From contig JADFJW010000001.1 in NCBI GenBank assembly GCA_022565235.1, positions 1,135 to 65,134 on the forward strand: a stretch of DNA of 64,000 bases. The letters run 5' to 3'. This document shows positions 19,965 through 30,467 of this stretch, piece after piece. How positions within the stretch are numbered: position 1 is the first letter of the stretch; each line of letters begins with the position of its first letter. Under the pieces are notes generated by a model, which saw only the letters and a program-made list of their open reading frames with translations, was not told the DNA's origin and did not search any database. Source of the DNA: Nanobdellota archaeon. GTDB taxonomy: Archaea > Nanobdellota > Nanobdellia > Woesearchaeales > GW2011-AR4. The translations under genes and the position numbers were made by a program.

Positions 19965-20618
19965 ATGAAATACGACTTGCACAATCATACCCATTATTCT
20001 CCCTGTGGTAACATCAAGCCAGAGCTACTGCTTAAACTTGTAAAAAAGAAGGGTATGGATGGAATCGCAGTCACAGACCACCATACTATAAAAGGAGCCC
20101 TCAAAGTAAAAAAATTAAATAAAAATAAGGATTTTGAAGTTATCATAGGTGACGAAGTGAGTACTAACTATGGAGATGTGCTTACTTATTATTTGCAGGA
20201 AGAAATAAAAAGCAGGGAATTTTTTTCTGTTGTTGATGAAGTAAAAAAGCAGGGAGGTTTAATTGTAATACCTCATCCTTTTAGGACATCAATAAATCCA
20301 ACACTCAAGTTTAGGTATCCTATAGAAAAAATTAAAGACAAAATTGATGCTATAGAATGCTTTAATGCCCGGATGATTTTTCAAAGTGACAACAAAAAGG
20401 CACAGGAATTGGCAAAAAAACTGAATATAGCAGGAACTGGCGGTTCTGATGCCCATTTTAGATTCGATATAGGGAGAGCTTACACCTTATTTGAAGGGGA
20501 TCTAAGAAAAGCATTAAAGCACAACAAAACAAGATATAATGGAACAATATTGTTTGGGCCTCTTAGTGGAACATTCAGCTTTTTAAGAAAAAGAATTTTT
20601 AAGAATATTACGGATTAA
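19965..20618 (+). CDS. PHP-domain metal-dependent phosphoesterase
   Basis: N-terminal DLHNHTHYSPCG, mid-protein AVTDHH and C-terminal GGSDAHF are PHP-family His/Asp motifs. Confidence 0.8.
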   Translation: MKYDLHNHTHYSPCGNIKPELLLKLVKKKGMDGIAVTDHHTIKGALKVKKLNKNKDFEVIIGDEVSTNYGDVLTYYLQEEIKSREFFSVVDEVKKQGGLIVIPHPFRTSINPTLKFRYPIEKIKDKIDAIECFNARMIFQSDNKKAQELAKKLNIAGTGGSDAHFRFDIGRAYTLFEGDLRKALKHNKTRYNGTILFGPLSGTFSFLRKRIFKNITD

Positions 20619-20650
20619 GGCATTTATACTCACGGACAAAAATAATTTTA

Positions 20651-20722
20651 CAGCGGAAAGCAACAGACGGACTGTCTAGCTTTCCTGGGTTTCCTTACGG
20701 AAACCAATAGTTGTCCGTTCGT
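20651..20722. repeat. family-1 structured element, copy A (two hairpins), at the 3' end of the ATP-grasp gene
   Basis: cagcggaaagcaacagacggactgtctagctttcctgggtttccttacggaaaccaatag is about 80% identical to 22294-22370. Hairpins ggaaagc/gctttcc and ggtttcc-ttac-ggaaacc are read directly. Confidence 0.6.
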
Positions 20723-20864
20723 AATCATGAAAATCCAAAGGATTTTCAGGATACAACAAAAACAACGTTTTTGTGTGCAGAAAAATCTTTGGAATTTTCT
20801 TGCACCGAAAATCTACGATTTTCGCGTGTAAGCAAATGACATATTAGTTGTACAAAAATTTGCG

Positions 20865-22115
20865 TCATTTGCTATATTTTAAATAAAATTTTTTATAGAA
20901 ATTTGACAAACTAAATTTATAGGAGTTATTTAAATTAACCTTTAATTGAGGTTTTGGCAGAACAAATTGATTAAAAATCTTAGGGTTTAAGGCATATACC
21001 AGGGATAGGAACCTAAACACGGAAGGCATTATGTCTCTTTTATCAATATCCATATAATGAAGATTTGGCCTGTTTATCCTAAATAATTCTTTAATATGTG
21101 AAAACAGATTTGGTGCCCTAAGCAGGTATAAAAACTCTCCTGCATACCATCTGCACATTACCCCTAAATCATAATTAACATTCTTTTTTACTTTTTTTCC
21201 TAAAGCCAATTTGTATACATTATGCGGGAAATCCATTCCAAGTGATATCGGTAGATTAATAGAACCCCAAAATCGAGTATTAACCTCAATAAGGTATAGT
21301 TTTCCATCTTCCGGATTAATCTTGAACTCCACTAATGCAATTCCCTTGTAATTAACATGTTTTAATAGTTTTATCGCAGCTTCTTTAGCTTCTTTATGTT
21401 CATAAGATTTGCACAAGACACTTTGCCCTCCTTCAGGAGGATACTGCCTTAATCTCTTATGGCAAAATACATTTACCGGGTCTTTATTTTCGTCAATTAA
21501 ACAAGAAACTCCTATCGAGTCTCCACCTGGAGGGAAATATTCTGATACAATACATTCCCCGTACATCTCTTTTAGGTAGTTATAATTGCCTAAGACTTCT
21601 CCATAATCATTACAAATTCTATTCCCTTTTCCTCCTGCAGATTCTATTGCTTTGATTATTACTGGAAAGTTCAGCTCTTTTACCTTATTAAGATCCTTCT
21701 GATCCGTTATTTCAATTGAATTCGGAATATTTAAACCGATCTTCTTTGCTATTTTAGATACTCTATTTTTCTGGAACAGAGATATGTAACTGTCATAGTC
21801 TGGCACATACATGTTAGTGTATTTCATTATCTCTTCCTGATTCTTAACAGCATGTTTTGTAGTAATATCTAAAATAGGTAAATACACCTTAACATTATGC
21901 TTTTTCAAGAAATCTATAAGCCAGTCATGATACTTTTTAATTGAATTTGAAGGGGAAGGGTATCTAAACGGTTTAGTGCAGTATTTTGAATGTGTTGACA
22001 TTGAAAATAGCCTATCGTCACCACACGCTACCCTATATCCTTTCCTACCTAAGGATCTTACAACTGCTAATGAAATTCTTGTAGACCCATCGGGAACAAA
22101 CACATCGAAATCCAT
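20865..22115 (-). CDS. ATP-grasp domain enzyme (carboxylate-amine ligase type)
   Basis: VIIKAIESAGGKGNRICNDYGEV (ATP-binding loop) and LVEFKINPEDGKLYLIEVNTRFWGS (ATP-grasp C-terminal motif) are present. Confidence 0.7.
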   Translation of the reverse strand: MDFDVFVPDGSTRISLAVVRSLGRKGYRVACGDDRLFSMSTHSKYCTKPFRYPSPSNSIKKYHDWLIDFLKKHNVKVYLPILDITTKHAVKNQEEIMKYTNMYVPDYDSYISLFQKNRVSKIAKKIGLNIPNSIEITDQKDLNKVKELNFPVIIKAIESAGGKGNRICNDYGEVLGNYNYLKEMYGECIVSEYFPPGGDSIGVSCLIDENKDPVNVFCHKRLRQYPPEGGQSVLCKSYEHKEAKEAAIKLLKHVNYKGIALVEFKINPEDGKLYLIEVNTRFWGSINLPISLGMDFPHNVYKLALGKKVKKNVNYDLGVMCRWYAGEFLYLLRAPNLFSHIKELFRINRPNLHYMDIDKRDIMPSVFRFLSLVYALNPKIFNQFVLPKPQLKVNLNNSYKFSLSNFYKKFYLKYSK

Positions 22116-22293
22116 GAATTTCCTCCAATTACCGGTTATTGTTTAATATAATAGATTATTTATAAATTTACCGTTTCTTTAGAATGTCGTTTGACCTGAT
22201 GATAATTTTCCTTAAAACTCACCTTAGAGTATATGGCTCCAGGATAAAGCTGGAAATCCTAAAATGGATTTCCTATCATTCCAACTTGAATTT

Positions 22294-22370
22294 CAGCGCA
22301 AAGCAACAGACTAAATTGTATTGCTTTGCTGGGTTTACTTCGGAAACCAACGGAAATCAACAGACTAACC
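22294..22370. repeat. family-1 structured element, copy B, upstream of the ATP-grasp gene
   Basis: cagcgcaaagcaacagactaaattgtattgctttgctgggtttacttcggaaaccaacgg is present. The hairpin gcaaagcaa/ttgctttgc shows a compensatory G:C to C:G change relative to copy A. The second hairpin carries a UUCG loop. Confidence 0.6.
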
Positions 22371-22513
22371 AGGAGGGTTTGCTGACGCAAACTATTGCCG
22401 ATGCGAGCATCTGAGTATTAAACTCGAGTTGGAATGAAACAAAATTTCTAAAATCATAAAGTTTATAATCCTCATATAGTTTTCTTTGTTTTTAAATTAT
22501 ACTTTCCATTTAG

Positions 22514-23122
22514 GTGTTTAAATTGGTTTATCCCATATTCAAAAGAGTTATTTTAGTACTGGTAAAGTTATTTTCAAAGAGAGTGAAAGGATTAGAGAAT
22601 ATACCGAAAAAGGGTCCTTTTATCGTTGCCGCAAACCACAACAGTGTTTTAGATGGCTTCTTATTGGGTTATTATATACTTAAAAAAACCGACCAGAAAA
22701 TTCATTTTATAGCGTACAGGGGAAGATTCAATTTTTTCGGGGATTTTCTAATTAAAAAATGGGCAGGATGCATACTTGTTAGGTATAATAAAAAGGAAAT
22801 ATCTGCTGCTATGAAAGAAGCAGTCTCTATATTGAAAGAAGGAGGCATTATAGGGATTTTCCCTACAGCGGCGCATAGCGACCTATCAAAATTTAAGACA
22901 GGGGTCGCAAGAATTGCGTTAACAGCGCAATGCCCCGTTTTGCCAGTCATTATAAAAGGAACAGAAGATATCATGCCTATGCCCTCCCTAATACCAAAGC
23001 GCATCAGACATGCATCAATAGAATATAAAAAACTCATGACATTCAAAAAAACGCAAAAAAATGTTAATTTAGTTACACAAAAAATTGCTAAGGTTATATT
23101 ACAGGGATTAAAAGAGGAGTGA
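22514..23122 (+). CDS. lysophospholipid acyltransferase (PlsC-like 1-acyl-glycerol-3-phosphate acyltransferase family)
   Basis: HX4D motif NHNSVLD, FPTAAHS (the motif III region) and CPVLPVII (motif IV) are present. Confidence 0.7.
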   Translation: MFKLVYPIFKRVILVLVKLFSKRVKGLENIPKKGPFIVAANHNSVLDGFLLGYYILKKTDQKIHFIAYRGRFNFFGDFLIKKWAGCILVRYNKKEISAAMKEAVSILKEGGIIGIFPTAAHSDLSKFKTGVARIALTAQCPVLPVIIKGTEDIMPMPSLIPKRIRHASIEYKKLMTFKKTQKNVNLVTQKIAKVILQGLKEE

Positions 23123-23135
23123 TGGGAGGTTTAGT

Positions 23136-23933
23136 ATGAATAATTTTAGTTCTAAAATCGATATGCATATGCATTCCATCGCTTCTGATGGATTAAGTGA
23201 TGCTAAAACAATTGTTAAAAAAGCAAAAAAGTTAGGCATCTCTATTGCGATAACAGACCATAATGCGATATCTCAGTCTCTTGCAGCGTCGAAAAATAAA
23301 ATGGGAGTTACAGTCATCCCGGGGATTGAAGTGACCTGCAAAGAAGGCCCACACATTCTTTTCTATTTTTATTCTTTTAGAGACCTAACAAACTTTTTTG
23401 AAAAGCATATCAAGCCAAATTATAATAAAGCTTTTACTTCTAATCTAAATATCGGCATGTCTGATTTGATGCAGGCATCAAACAAACTTAACGGATTGAC
23501 AATTGCTGCACATCCTTTCTCGCCAGGACTTTGCGGGTCATACATCTCATTCAGTAAGAATGATGAATTTATTAAAAATGTTATAGCAATAGAAGGTATC
23601 AACTCATCTATGACGGACTATGCGAACGAAAAAGCAATTTTATGGGCTAAGAAAATCAAAAAGCCCCTGACAGCCGGGTCCGATGCCCATCATACCAGGT
23701 ATATTGGGCTGGCATATACTACTGTAGATCCAAATAGGAATGCAGACAATATTCTTGACTCTATCAAGAAAGGTAATTGCACTATAGGGGGCAGGATTAT
23801 GCGGCTTCATGAAAAATTATGGGATTCTAAGAATATTATAAAAACCTGGGCAAGTTCTCCAACATATTTTTTATCTAAGGGGATTAAGGATATAATTAAA
23901 TCTAGGAAATTGAGGAAGTTAAACAAATGCTGA
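23136..23933 (+). CDS. PHP-domain metal-dependent phosphoesterase
   Basis: DMHMHSIASDG, AITDHN and GSDAHH motifs are present. It is a paralog of the 19965-20618 protein. Confidence 0.8.
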   Translation: MNNFSSKIDMHMHSIASDGLSDAKTIVKKAKKLGISIAITDHNAISQSLAASKNKMGVTVIPGIEVTCKEGPHILFYFYSFRDLTNFFEKHIKPNYNKAFTSNLNIGMSDLMQASNKLNGLTIAAHPFSPGLCGSYISFSKNDEFIKNVIAIEGINSSMTDYANEKAILWAKKIKKPLTAGSDAHHTRYIGLAYTTVDPNRNADNILDSIKKGNCTIGGRIMRLHEKLWDSKNIIKTWASSPTYFLSKGIKDIIKSRKLRKLNKC

Positions 23934-24496
23934 GCTACAAATTAAAGAGCTATACTGATAAGATATTTACCCCACTAATTGAATATTTATATTCAAAAAA
24001 AGTAAAGAGCAATACTCTAACCCTGATATCTTTTATATTCTCCTTACTTGCCCTGATTAATTTTTTTAGGGGCATGATACTCATTGGATTTGTCTTTGCT
24101 TTACTGGATTATCTGCTTGATTTACTAGATGGGCCTTTATCAAGAAGGCAAGAAGGTATGAATAAAGATTTTGGCTTTTTTTGGGATTTTATAACTGACC
24201 ATGTTACAAGAAACCTATGGGTATTTGCCCTTGCTTATAGCAACAACATATCTTATTTTCTAGCAAGTTTGTCGATATTATCCTATTTTATTCTCCTAAC
24301 CATATGCTATATACCTCATCTTACCAAGATGAAGTACCTTGAATGGCTGCCGTGCTGGACCGGAGGGATACTATTAATCGGACTGATAACTCCTTATTTA
24401 ACAGAGATTCTGTACTTTATGGTCTATCTTAATCTATCGCTTGCTTTAATACATTTCTCTTATATAGTGTATACCTATAGGAAAGAGTTAATTTAA
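23927..24496 (+). CDS. divergent CDP-alcohol phosphatidyltransferase-like membrane protein
   Basis: LDYLLDLLDGPLSRR...GFFWDFITD retains the D..DG..(S)R...G...D...D pattern, with a multi-TM topology. Confidence 0.5.
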   Translation: MLSYKLKSYTDKIFTPLIEYLYSKKVKSNTLTLISFIFSLLALINFFRGMILIGFVFALLDYLLDLLDGPLSRRQEGMNKDFGFFWDFITDHVTRNLWVFALAYSNNISYFLASLSILSYFILLTICYIPHLTKMKYLEWLPCWTGGILLIGLITPYLTEILYFMVYLNLSLALIHFSYIVYTYRKELI

Positions 24497-24510
24497 ATTT
24501 TAGAATTGGA

Positions 24511-25305
24511 TTAATTAAATGAAAGCACATACAAGAGTTTTTTTGACATTTTTATTATGACTTTCTGCCCTGCTTTAATGCTATGTTCTTTGCTTAAAGA
24601 ATCCGCAATCAAAATACCATTATCCACCTCAAACTCAATCTCAATTTTTTCGTTTTTACTTAAGATATTATTTACTAAACTGCATTTCGCTGAGATTTTT
24701 CCGCAGTATGGTTCGCGGACAAGATACTCAAATTTGTCGGAATCCGAAGGCAATATTTTTCCTCCGGCACTTTTTATCCATGCATTGCTGCCTGCAGGAG
24801 TTGAAATCAGGACACCGCTGCTTTTCTGCCTTTCTTTTTTTCCTCTTACACTAAGAAAATATCGTGCCGTATGGTGCTGCTTCTTTGATGCTACATAAAA
24901 CTCATTCAAAGCAAACTCAGAAACCCTTTTATTGTTTATGTAAGCCTCCAGCCTATGAAGCTTTTTTGTTTTATACTTTCCTGATAAAACTTTTTTGAAT
25001 TTTCTTTCAAAATCTTTTTTTGTAGATGTCATAAAAAAGCCTTCTTTGAATTTCGGGTTGGAATTAACCCCCAGTACTAGAGTTTTATCAAAAATAAAAT
25101 GAGAAGTTTTTAAAAAAGTTCCATCCCCACCAACTGCTATTATCAAATCTTCATTTTTAAACATTTTTTTATTCAATTTTTCTCTATTGTAAATTTTATA
25201 GTGAATATTATGTTTTTTCAAAGTATTTTTAACTATTTTAAGCGCTGATTCCTCTACTTTGTTTGTTGGTTTTGCATAAACTACCAATATATTGTTTAGT
25301 TTCAT
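24511..25305 (-). CDS. nadK: NAD+ kinase
   Basis: IIAVGGDGTFL (GGDGT motif) and STPAGSNAWIKSAGG (NE/D...GS..AY motif region) are present. Confidence 0.85.
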   Translation of the reverse strand: MKLNNILVVYAKPTNKVEESALKIVKNTLKKHNIHYKIYNREKLNKKMFKNEDLIIAVGGDGTFLKTSHFIFDKTLVLGVNSNPKFKEGFFMTSTKKDFERKFKKVLSGKYKTKKLHRLEAYINNKRVSEFALNEFYVASKKQHHTARYFLSVRGKKERQKSSGVLISTPAGSNAWIKSAGGKILPSDSDKFEYLVREPYCGKISAKCSLVNNILSKNEKIEIEFEVDNGILIADSLSKEHSIKAGQKVIIKMSKKLLYVLSFN

Positions 25306-25357
25306 ATGAAAAACAAGAATTTTTTATGGCTTATAAATTTTATCTTTTAGCAGAAAG

Positions 25358-26197
25358 TTAAACAGCTCTGAATTGAGGTCTAATCAACATAATTCTTATC
25401 TCTGCAACAGGCTTATAAGGATTATCTCCATGAAATTCAAGATGCGCATAATCTTGATGGGTTAAGCCTAAAAACCGTGCTTCAGAATGCTTTACATAAT
25501 CAACTTCTGGGTCCAATATCAGAACTTCGTACCCTTGCAGCCTTATACTGGTTCCTGTTAGAAGACCTTGTCTTTCTCTAACATACTTTTCCCTTACAAA
25601 ACCGTTTGTATTATGATTATTAACACCTATGCGACTTGTCACCCCCCTTAATATATCCTTCATTACATCTCTTCCATAACTTCCATTAGGTTCAAAAGTG
25701 GTATTATCCAGTACCAAGTATAAAATACCATACCCATCAACTGAATATTCCACTAAAGGCCTGATAGTACCTTGCCCAATACCTTCTTGGATTTCATCAG
25801 ATTTTAAAACATCATCTGGGGGGTAGCCTACAATCTTTGCAACCTTAACAGGCACTCCAGAAAGTTTACCCTCTTCATAGCATTCAACAACCAATTCAAG
25901 CGGATCAAATCCTTGCCTATAAAGTTCCATATTATGGGCTAAATCCACTTGACAATCTATATGTGTGCCATCAACAACAATCTTTGCTGACTCAGGATCC
26001 AAATCGAACCCAACACGCGCTAGTTTACTCTTTAGATTAGGCCTTAGAGATTCTAATCCTATCCTCCCAAAATATTCCATTTGCTCTGCATCAACATCTA
26101 CTCCTAACCTTACCGTTAAACTCTCAAGAGTAGATTGAATTATATCTTCTATTTCTAAATCCAGAGTTTCATGCAGTGATTTTTGAGCAGTTACCAT
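25358..26197 (-). CDS. hypothetical protein with atypical composition
   Basis: The 279-aa ORF is rich in D/E/V/G/L and poor in K/I/N compared with its neighbours. Local GC is visibly higher (about 40%). No family was recognised. Confidence 0.5.
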   Translation of the reverse strand: MVTAQKSLHETLDLEIEDIIQSTLESLTVRLGVDVDAEQMEYFGRIGLESLRPNLKSKLARVGFDLDPESAKIVVDGTHIDCQVDLAHNMELYRQGFDPLELVVECYEEGKLSGVPVKVAKIVGYPPDDVLKSDEIQEGIGQGTIRPLVEYSVDGYGILYLVLDNTTFEPNGSYGRDVMKDILRGVTSRIGVNNHNTNGFVREKYVRERQGLLTGTSIRLQGYEVLILDPEVDYVKHSEARFLGLTHQDYAHLEFHGDNPYKPVAEIRIMLIRPQFRAV

Positions 26198-26242
26198 TTT
26201 CCAACAAAGAAGTCAATATTTGTTTATAAGATTATTTATATG

Positions 26243-27127
26243 CTATTTCTCCATCTCCTTAATTATCATAACCAAAGCCTCATTAACAGGGCACTTAATA
26301 CCATACTTCTTTCCTAACTCAACAACAGCGCCATTTAGGTAATCAATCTCTGTCTTTTTGCCTTTAATTATGTCCTGGTGCATGGAAGATAGATTCCTGG
26401 AACCCTTGATCGCCTTGTTTATAGTCTCGATGGAATAGATATCTACATCTATACTGTCTTTACCGGCAACTTTTATGCACTCATCAAATATTAATTTTTT
26501 TAGAGGATTCAATTTCTCATCTGCTGTTGCGCCATTATCTATCCTTAATATAGCAGAAACAGGGTTAAGCACACAGTTAACTATTAATTTTTTCCATATA
26601 TCTTCTTTAATGTTTTCAGAAACATTAGCTTTTAATCCACATTTATTGAAATTATCTGCTAAGTCTTTACTTATAGGGCTTTTTTCGATTTTTGTATAGC
26701 TTAAATTATTGAACTGCACTATACCTGGTTCTAAGAAGGTTGCTCCAACAGCAGTTATTCCCCGTATTACTAAGCATTTATCTCCAACAATTTCTTTTAC
26801 AATATCCTCACTATTAAGGCCATTCTGCAAGCATAAAATTATTGTATCTTTTTTAACCAAATCTTTTATCGGTTCAATTGCATTTTTACTGTCGTGCACT
26901 TTAGTTGTCAATATAATCAGAGTACTATCGTCAATTGCATTTATAGAAGGCACAGCCTTTAATTTATACGTATTATTCTCCTCGCCAGTAATCTTAAGCC
27001 CATCCTTATTTATCTTATCAACATGCTTTTGTCTAGCAACCAGTGTAACCTCATTAAATTTAGACAATTTGGCACCATACAAACTTCCAATAGCTCCAGC
27101 ACCAAGAATTATGATTTTCATAATCAT
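26243..27127 (-). CDS. panE: 2-dehydropantoate 2-reductase (ketopantoate reductase) family
   Basis: N-terminal [19 protein letters not shown] Rossmann fold, with the ApbA/PanE C-terminal domain pattern. Confidence 0.75.
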   Translation of the reverse strand: MIMKIIILGAGAIGSLYGAKLSKFNEVTLVARQKHVDKINKDGLKITGEENNTYKLKAVPSINAIDDSTLIILTTKVHDSKNAIEPIKDLVKKDTIILCLQNGLNSEDIVKEIVGDKCLVIRGITAVGATFLEPGIVQFNNLSYTKIEKSPISKDLADNFNKCGLKANVSENIKEDIWKKLIVNCVLNPVSAILRIDNGATADEKLNPLKKLIFDECIKVAGKDSIDVDIYSIETINKAIKGSRNLSSMHQDIIKGKKTEIDYLNGAVVELGKKYGIKCPVNEALVMIIKEMEK

Positions 27128-29814
27128 TCAATCAAAATAGCTACCTTTCCAGGCATTGCCTGTTTTGCCTTTTGTTCATCACTTTTTCCATCAACAATCT
27201 CCATATCACAACCAAATTCCTGCTTAAAATTATCTAATGAGCCTTTCAATGCTTCTATTTCTTTTTTCCTACCAACAATTACTTTGGGCAACTTAGTCTC
27301 GTCCTTAACCAGTTTAGGGGCAATTTTTGAAATCTCCCTGATGTAAATGCTAAGATCGCTTTTTGCAAATTTCTTGATGATCTCTCCAAGGTTTCTTGTT
27401 TTTCCCAGTTCTCCCTTTAATCTTCTTATGAAATCAAATTTCCATGCTTCAGCAACAAATATTATTATCTTGTTAGGCTTCTTTATCTTTGCCAGCTCAA
27501 TAACAGAATAAATATCCTTTTTGGTCCTCTCTAAATTATCTTCAAGAGCCTCAGCTTCCTCGTCTATTTTGCTTTTGTCATATGACGGCCATTTTTGCAA
27601 TGAGGCAAAACCTTTTAATTTCAAATCGCTCCACAACTCCTCAGAAATATGTGGTGTAAAAGGATTTAGCAATAATACGAGATTTTTAGCACATTCTCCG
27701 AATACTGCTTTATTTTTGTCATTATACTTTTGAAGCGCATTTACAAATTCCATTATTTTCCCAATCGCCAGGTTATACTTAAAATTTTCAATATTCTCTG
27801 TAACATTCTTTATTGTAGAATGCATCTTGCTCAAAATAAACTTGTCTTTTTCATTTAGCTTATCTTTTACATAACTATCTAATGAAATATCTTTGATATT
27901 ATCATTAACCAGGTTATAGATCCTGTTCAAAAACCTATATGCTCCATTAACACCTTTATCATTCCACTCTAATTCTTTTTCTGGCATTGCCGCAAATAAA
28001 ATAAATAATCTTCCTGTATCAGCACCATACTTCCCGGTTATTTCTGCGGGATCAACCACATTTCCTATACTTTTGCTCATCTTCGCCCCATCTTTGATGA
28101 CCATGCCTTGTGTCATTAACCTAGAGAAAGGCTCGTCCACATTAGTTAATCCTAAATCTCTCAAGGCTTTTGTGAAGAATCTTGCATACAACAAATGCAA
28201 AATAGCATGCTCAATGCCCCCAATATACTGGTCAACAGGCATCCAATAAGCAGAAGCTTTCTTGTCAAAAGGCAACTTAGCTTCATTAGGGCTGCAGTAC
28301 CTGAAAAAATACCATGAACTGTCAACAAAAGTATCCATTGTATCAGTTTCTCTGCGAGCTTTTCCGGCACATTTTGGGCATTTTACATTGACAAATTTTT
28401 CTGAGGTCTCTAAAGGATTTCCGGCACCAGTAAATTTAACATTTTTTGGAAGCTTTACCGGTAGATTCTCATACGGAACCGGAACTATACCGCATGTACT
28501 GCAATGTATCATCGGAATCGGAGTCCCCCAGTAACGTTGCCTGGAAATCAGCCAGTCTCTTAGCTTATATTGCACAGTTCTTTTTCCTATTTTTTCTTTT
28601 TCCATCCATTTAGAAATCTTTTCGATAGCATCCAAATTATTCATCCCATTGAACTTATCAGAATTAACTAAAATTCCTTCCTCAACATAAGCCCTATTCA
28701 TTTTCTCTGATTTTAACTCATATTGCTTAGGCGTTATAACAACTCTAATCGGTAATTTGTATTTTTTTGCAAACTCAAAATCACGCTGGTCATGAGCAGG
28801 AACTACCATAACGGCCCCGGTTCCATATTCCATTAATGCATAATCAGCCACAAATATTGGGATTTCTTCGTTATTGACCGGGTTTACAACATATTTCCCA
28901 ATAAAAATTCCATTTTTTTCAACTTCTTCAGATGCCCTTTCTTTCATGCTTCTTTTCTTTGTTTTTGTGATAAAATCCAGAACTGGTTTTTCATATTTTG
29001 TTCCTTTAATTAACTCAAAGACCATTGGATGCTCAACTGCAAATACCAAAGCGATTACACCAAAAATAGTATCTGGCCTCGTGGTGAAGGTAGAAATGAT
29101 TTTTTTTGTATCTTTAATTTTAAAATTAACCTCAACACCATGACTCTTTCCAATCCAGTTTTCCTGCATTACTTTAACTCGTTTGGGCCAATGCTTTAGT
29201 TTTTCCAAATCTCTCAACAACTCATCGGCATACTCTGTTATCTTGAAGAACCACTGCTCCAGCTCCTTTTCTGCAACATCATCATGGCATCTCCAGCATT
29301 TACCATCTATGACCTGCTCATTCGCAAGCACCGTACCACAGGAATTGCACCAGTTTACGACAGCATTCTTCCTGTATGCTAGTTTTTTCTCATAAAATTT
29401 AAGAAAAATCCACTGGTTCCATTTATAGTAATCTTCTGTACAGCTCTGTATCTGCCTTGACCAATCATAACTAAAACCTAGGCTTTTTTGCTGCTCTTTT
29501 ATTTTGTCTATGTTATCCAAAGTCCATTTCTCGGGGTCAACCTTATGTTTTATGGCAGCATTTTCTGCCGGTAGTCCGAACGCATCATAACCCATAGGGT
29601 ACATTACATTAAAGCCCTGCATTCTCTTAAATCTTGCAAGGGCATCTCCTAAAGAATAATTCCTCAAATGGCCCATATGGAGTGTTGAAGAAGGATAAGG
29701 ATACATCTCAAGGCAATAGAATTTCTTCTTTTTACTGTCTTCTTTAACTTTGAATATGCCCTTCTCTTCCCACTTCTTCTGCCATTTCTTGGCAATCTTA
29801 TTAAAGTCTACCAT
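27124..29814 (-). CDS. leuS: leucyl-tRNA synthetase (archaeal/eukaryal type)
   Basis: HMGH (HIGH class I motif) in [21 protein letters not shown], and a CWRC zinc motif in the editing region. 896 aa. Confidence 0.95.
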   Translation of the reverse strand: MVDFNKIAKKWQKKWEEKGIFKVKEDSKKKKFYCLEMYPYPSSTLHMGHLRNYSLGDALARFKRMQGFNVMYPMGYDAFGLPAENAAIKHKVDPEKWTLDNIDKIKEQQKSLGFSYDWSRQIQSCTEDYYKWNQWIFLKFYEKKLAYRKNAVVNWCNSCGTVLANEQVIDGKCWRCHDDVAEKELEQWFFKITEYADELLRDLEKLKHWPKRVKVMQENWIGKSHGVEVNFKIKDTKKIISTFTTRPDTIFGVIALVFAVEHPMVFELIKGTKYEKPVLDFITKTKKRSMKERASEEVEKNGIFIGKYVVNPVNNEEIPIFVADYALMEYGTGAVMVVPAHDQRDFEFAKKYKLPIRVVITPKQYELKSEKMNRAYVEEGILVNSDKFNGMNNLDAIEKISKWMEKEKIGKRTVQYKLRDWLISRQRYWGTPIPMIHCSTCGIVPVPYENLPVKLPKNVKFTGAGNPLETSEKFVNVKCPKCAGKARRETDTMDTFVDSSWYFFRYCSPNEAKLPFDKKASAYWMPVDQYIGGIEHAILHLLYARFFTKALRDLGLTNVDEPFSRLMTQGMVIKDGAKMSKSIGNVVDPAEITGKYGADTGRLFILFAAMPEKELEWNDKGVNGAYRFLNRIYNLVNDNIKDISLDSYVKDKLNEKDKFILSKMHSTIKNVTENIENFKYNLAIGKIMEFVNALQKYNDKNKAVFGECAKNLVLLLNPFTPHISEELWSDLKLKGFASLQKWPSYDKSKIDEEAEALEDNLERTKKDIYSVIELAKIKKPNKIIIFVAEAWKFDFIRRLKGELGKTRNLGEIIKKFAKSDLSIYIREISKIAPKLVKDETKLPKVIVGRKKEIEALKGSLDNFKQEFGCDMEIVDGKSDEQKAKQAMPGKVAILIE

Positions 29815-29856
29815 TTAATCAAAAGAAAGAAAGAGTGTTTTAAAGTTTTTCGTTAT

Positions 29857-30054
29857 TCAGAACTTCTTAAACTGAGCTACAGTATCAATTAGATCAACAT
29901 GTCCAAGGAATACTGCTCTACAGCAGTATCTTTCCAGGCCTAATTCGTCCATAGCCTTCTTCTTGTCTTCTCCTTTCTCAAGTTTTTCTAAATAGCTCCC
30001 CCATAATTGCCCTATTGGCTTTCCACAACTCCAGCATCTTATTGGAATAATCAT
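29857..30054 (-). CDS. rpoN: DNA-directed RNA polymerase subunit N (Rpb10)
   Basis: MIIPIRCWSCGKPIG...YCCR is the zinc-binding Rpb10 pattern. 65 aa. Confidence 0.9.
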   Translation of the reverse strand: MIIPIRCWSCGKPIGQLWGSYLEKLEKGEDKKKAMDELGLERYCCRAVFLGHVDLIDTVAQFKKF

Positions 30055-30065
30055 TTTTATCCTCC

Positions 30066-30467
30066 TTAACGATAACTTTTTTGTCTTTTAGCGCGAGCCT
30101 GACCATGCCCGTTTGGTTTTGAAGGCTCTTTTCTCCTGACGTCTGCAACTAAAAGGTTTCTGTCATAATCTAAAAACTGCTTCTTCAACTTATCACTTTT
30201 TGAAAACTTTACCAGACCTTTTGCAATCGCTAACCTAGATGCGTCTGCTTGGCTAGCAATTCCACCGCCAAAAACATTTACACTGATATTTACCTTATTT
30301 ATAAAATCTTCTGCAATAATTAATGGTTCCATTAACTTCAATCTGGAAATCTTGGGCTCATAAAAATCCAAAAGCAAGTTGTTTATCTTTACAACTCCAT
30401 TTCCGGGCCTTATTATGGCTCTTGCTATTGCCCTTTTCCTCTTTCCTGCTGCAATCACGACTTTCAT
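30066..30467 (-). CDS. rps9: 30S ribosomal protein S9 (uS9)
   Basis: GGGIASQADASRLAIAKGL and the C-terminus ...RQKSYR are present. Confidence 0.9.
   Translation of the reverse strand: MKVVIAAGKRKRAIARAIIRPGNGVVKINNLLLDFYEPKISRLKLMEPLIIAEDFINKVNISVNVFGGGIASQADASRLAIAKGLVKFSKSDKLKKQFLDYDRNLLVADVRRKEPSKPNGHGQARAKRQKSYR

Noticed and set aside
22184-22414. ORF 22184-22414 (76 aa), and ORFs 61262-61459 and 63183-63434
   Set aside because: They lie entirely within the noncoding structured repeat elements (family-1 copy B, family-2 copies D and E). Their Arg/Cys-rich translations reflect GC-rich hairpins, not coding sequence.
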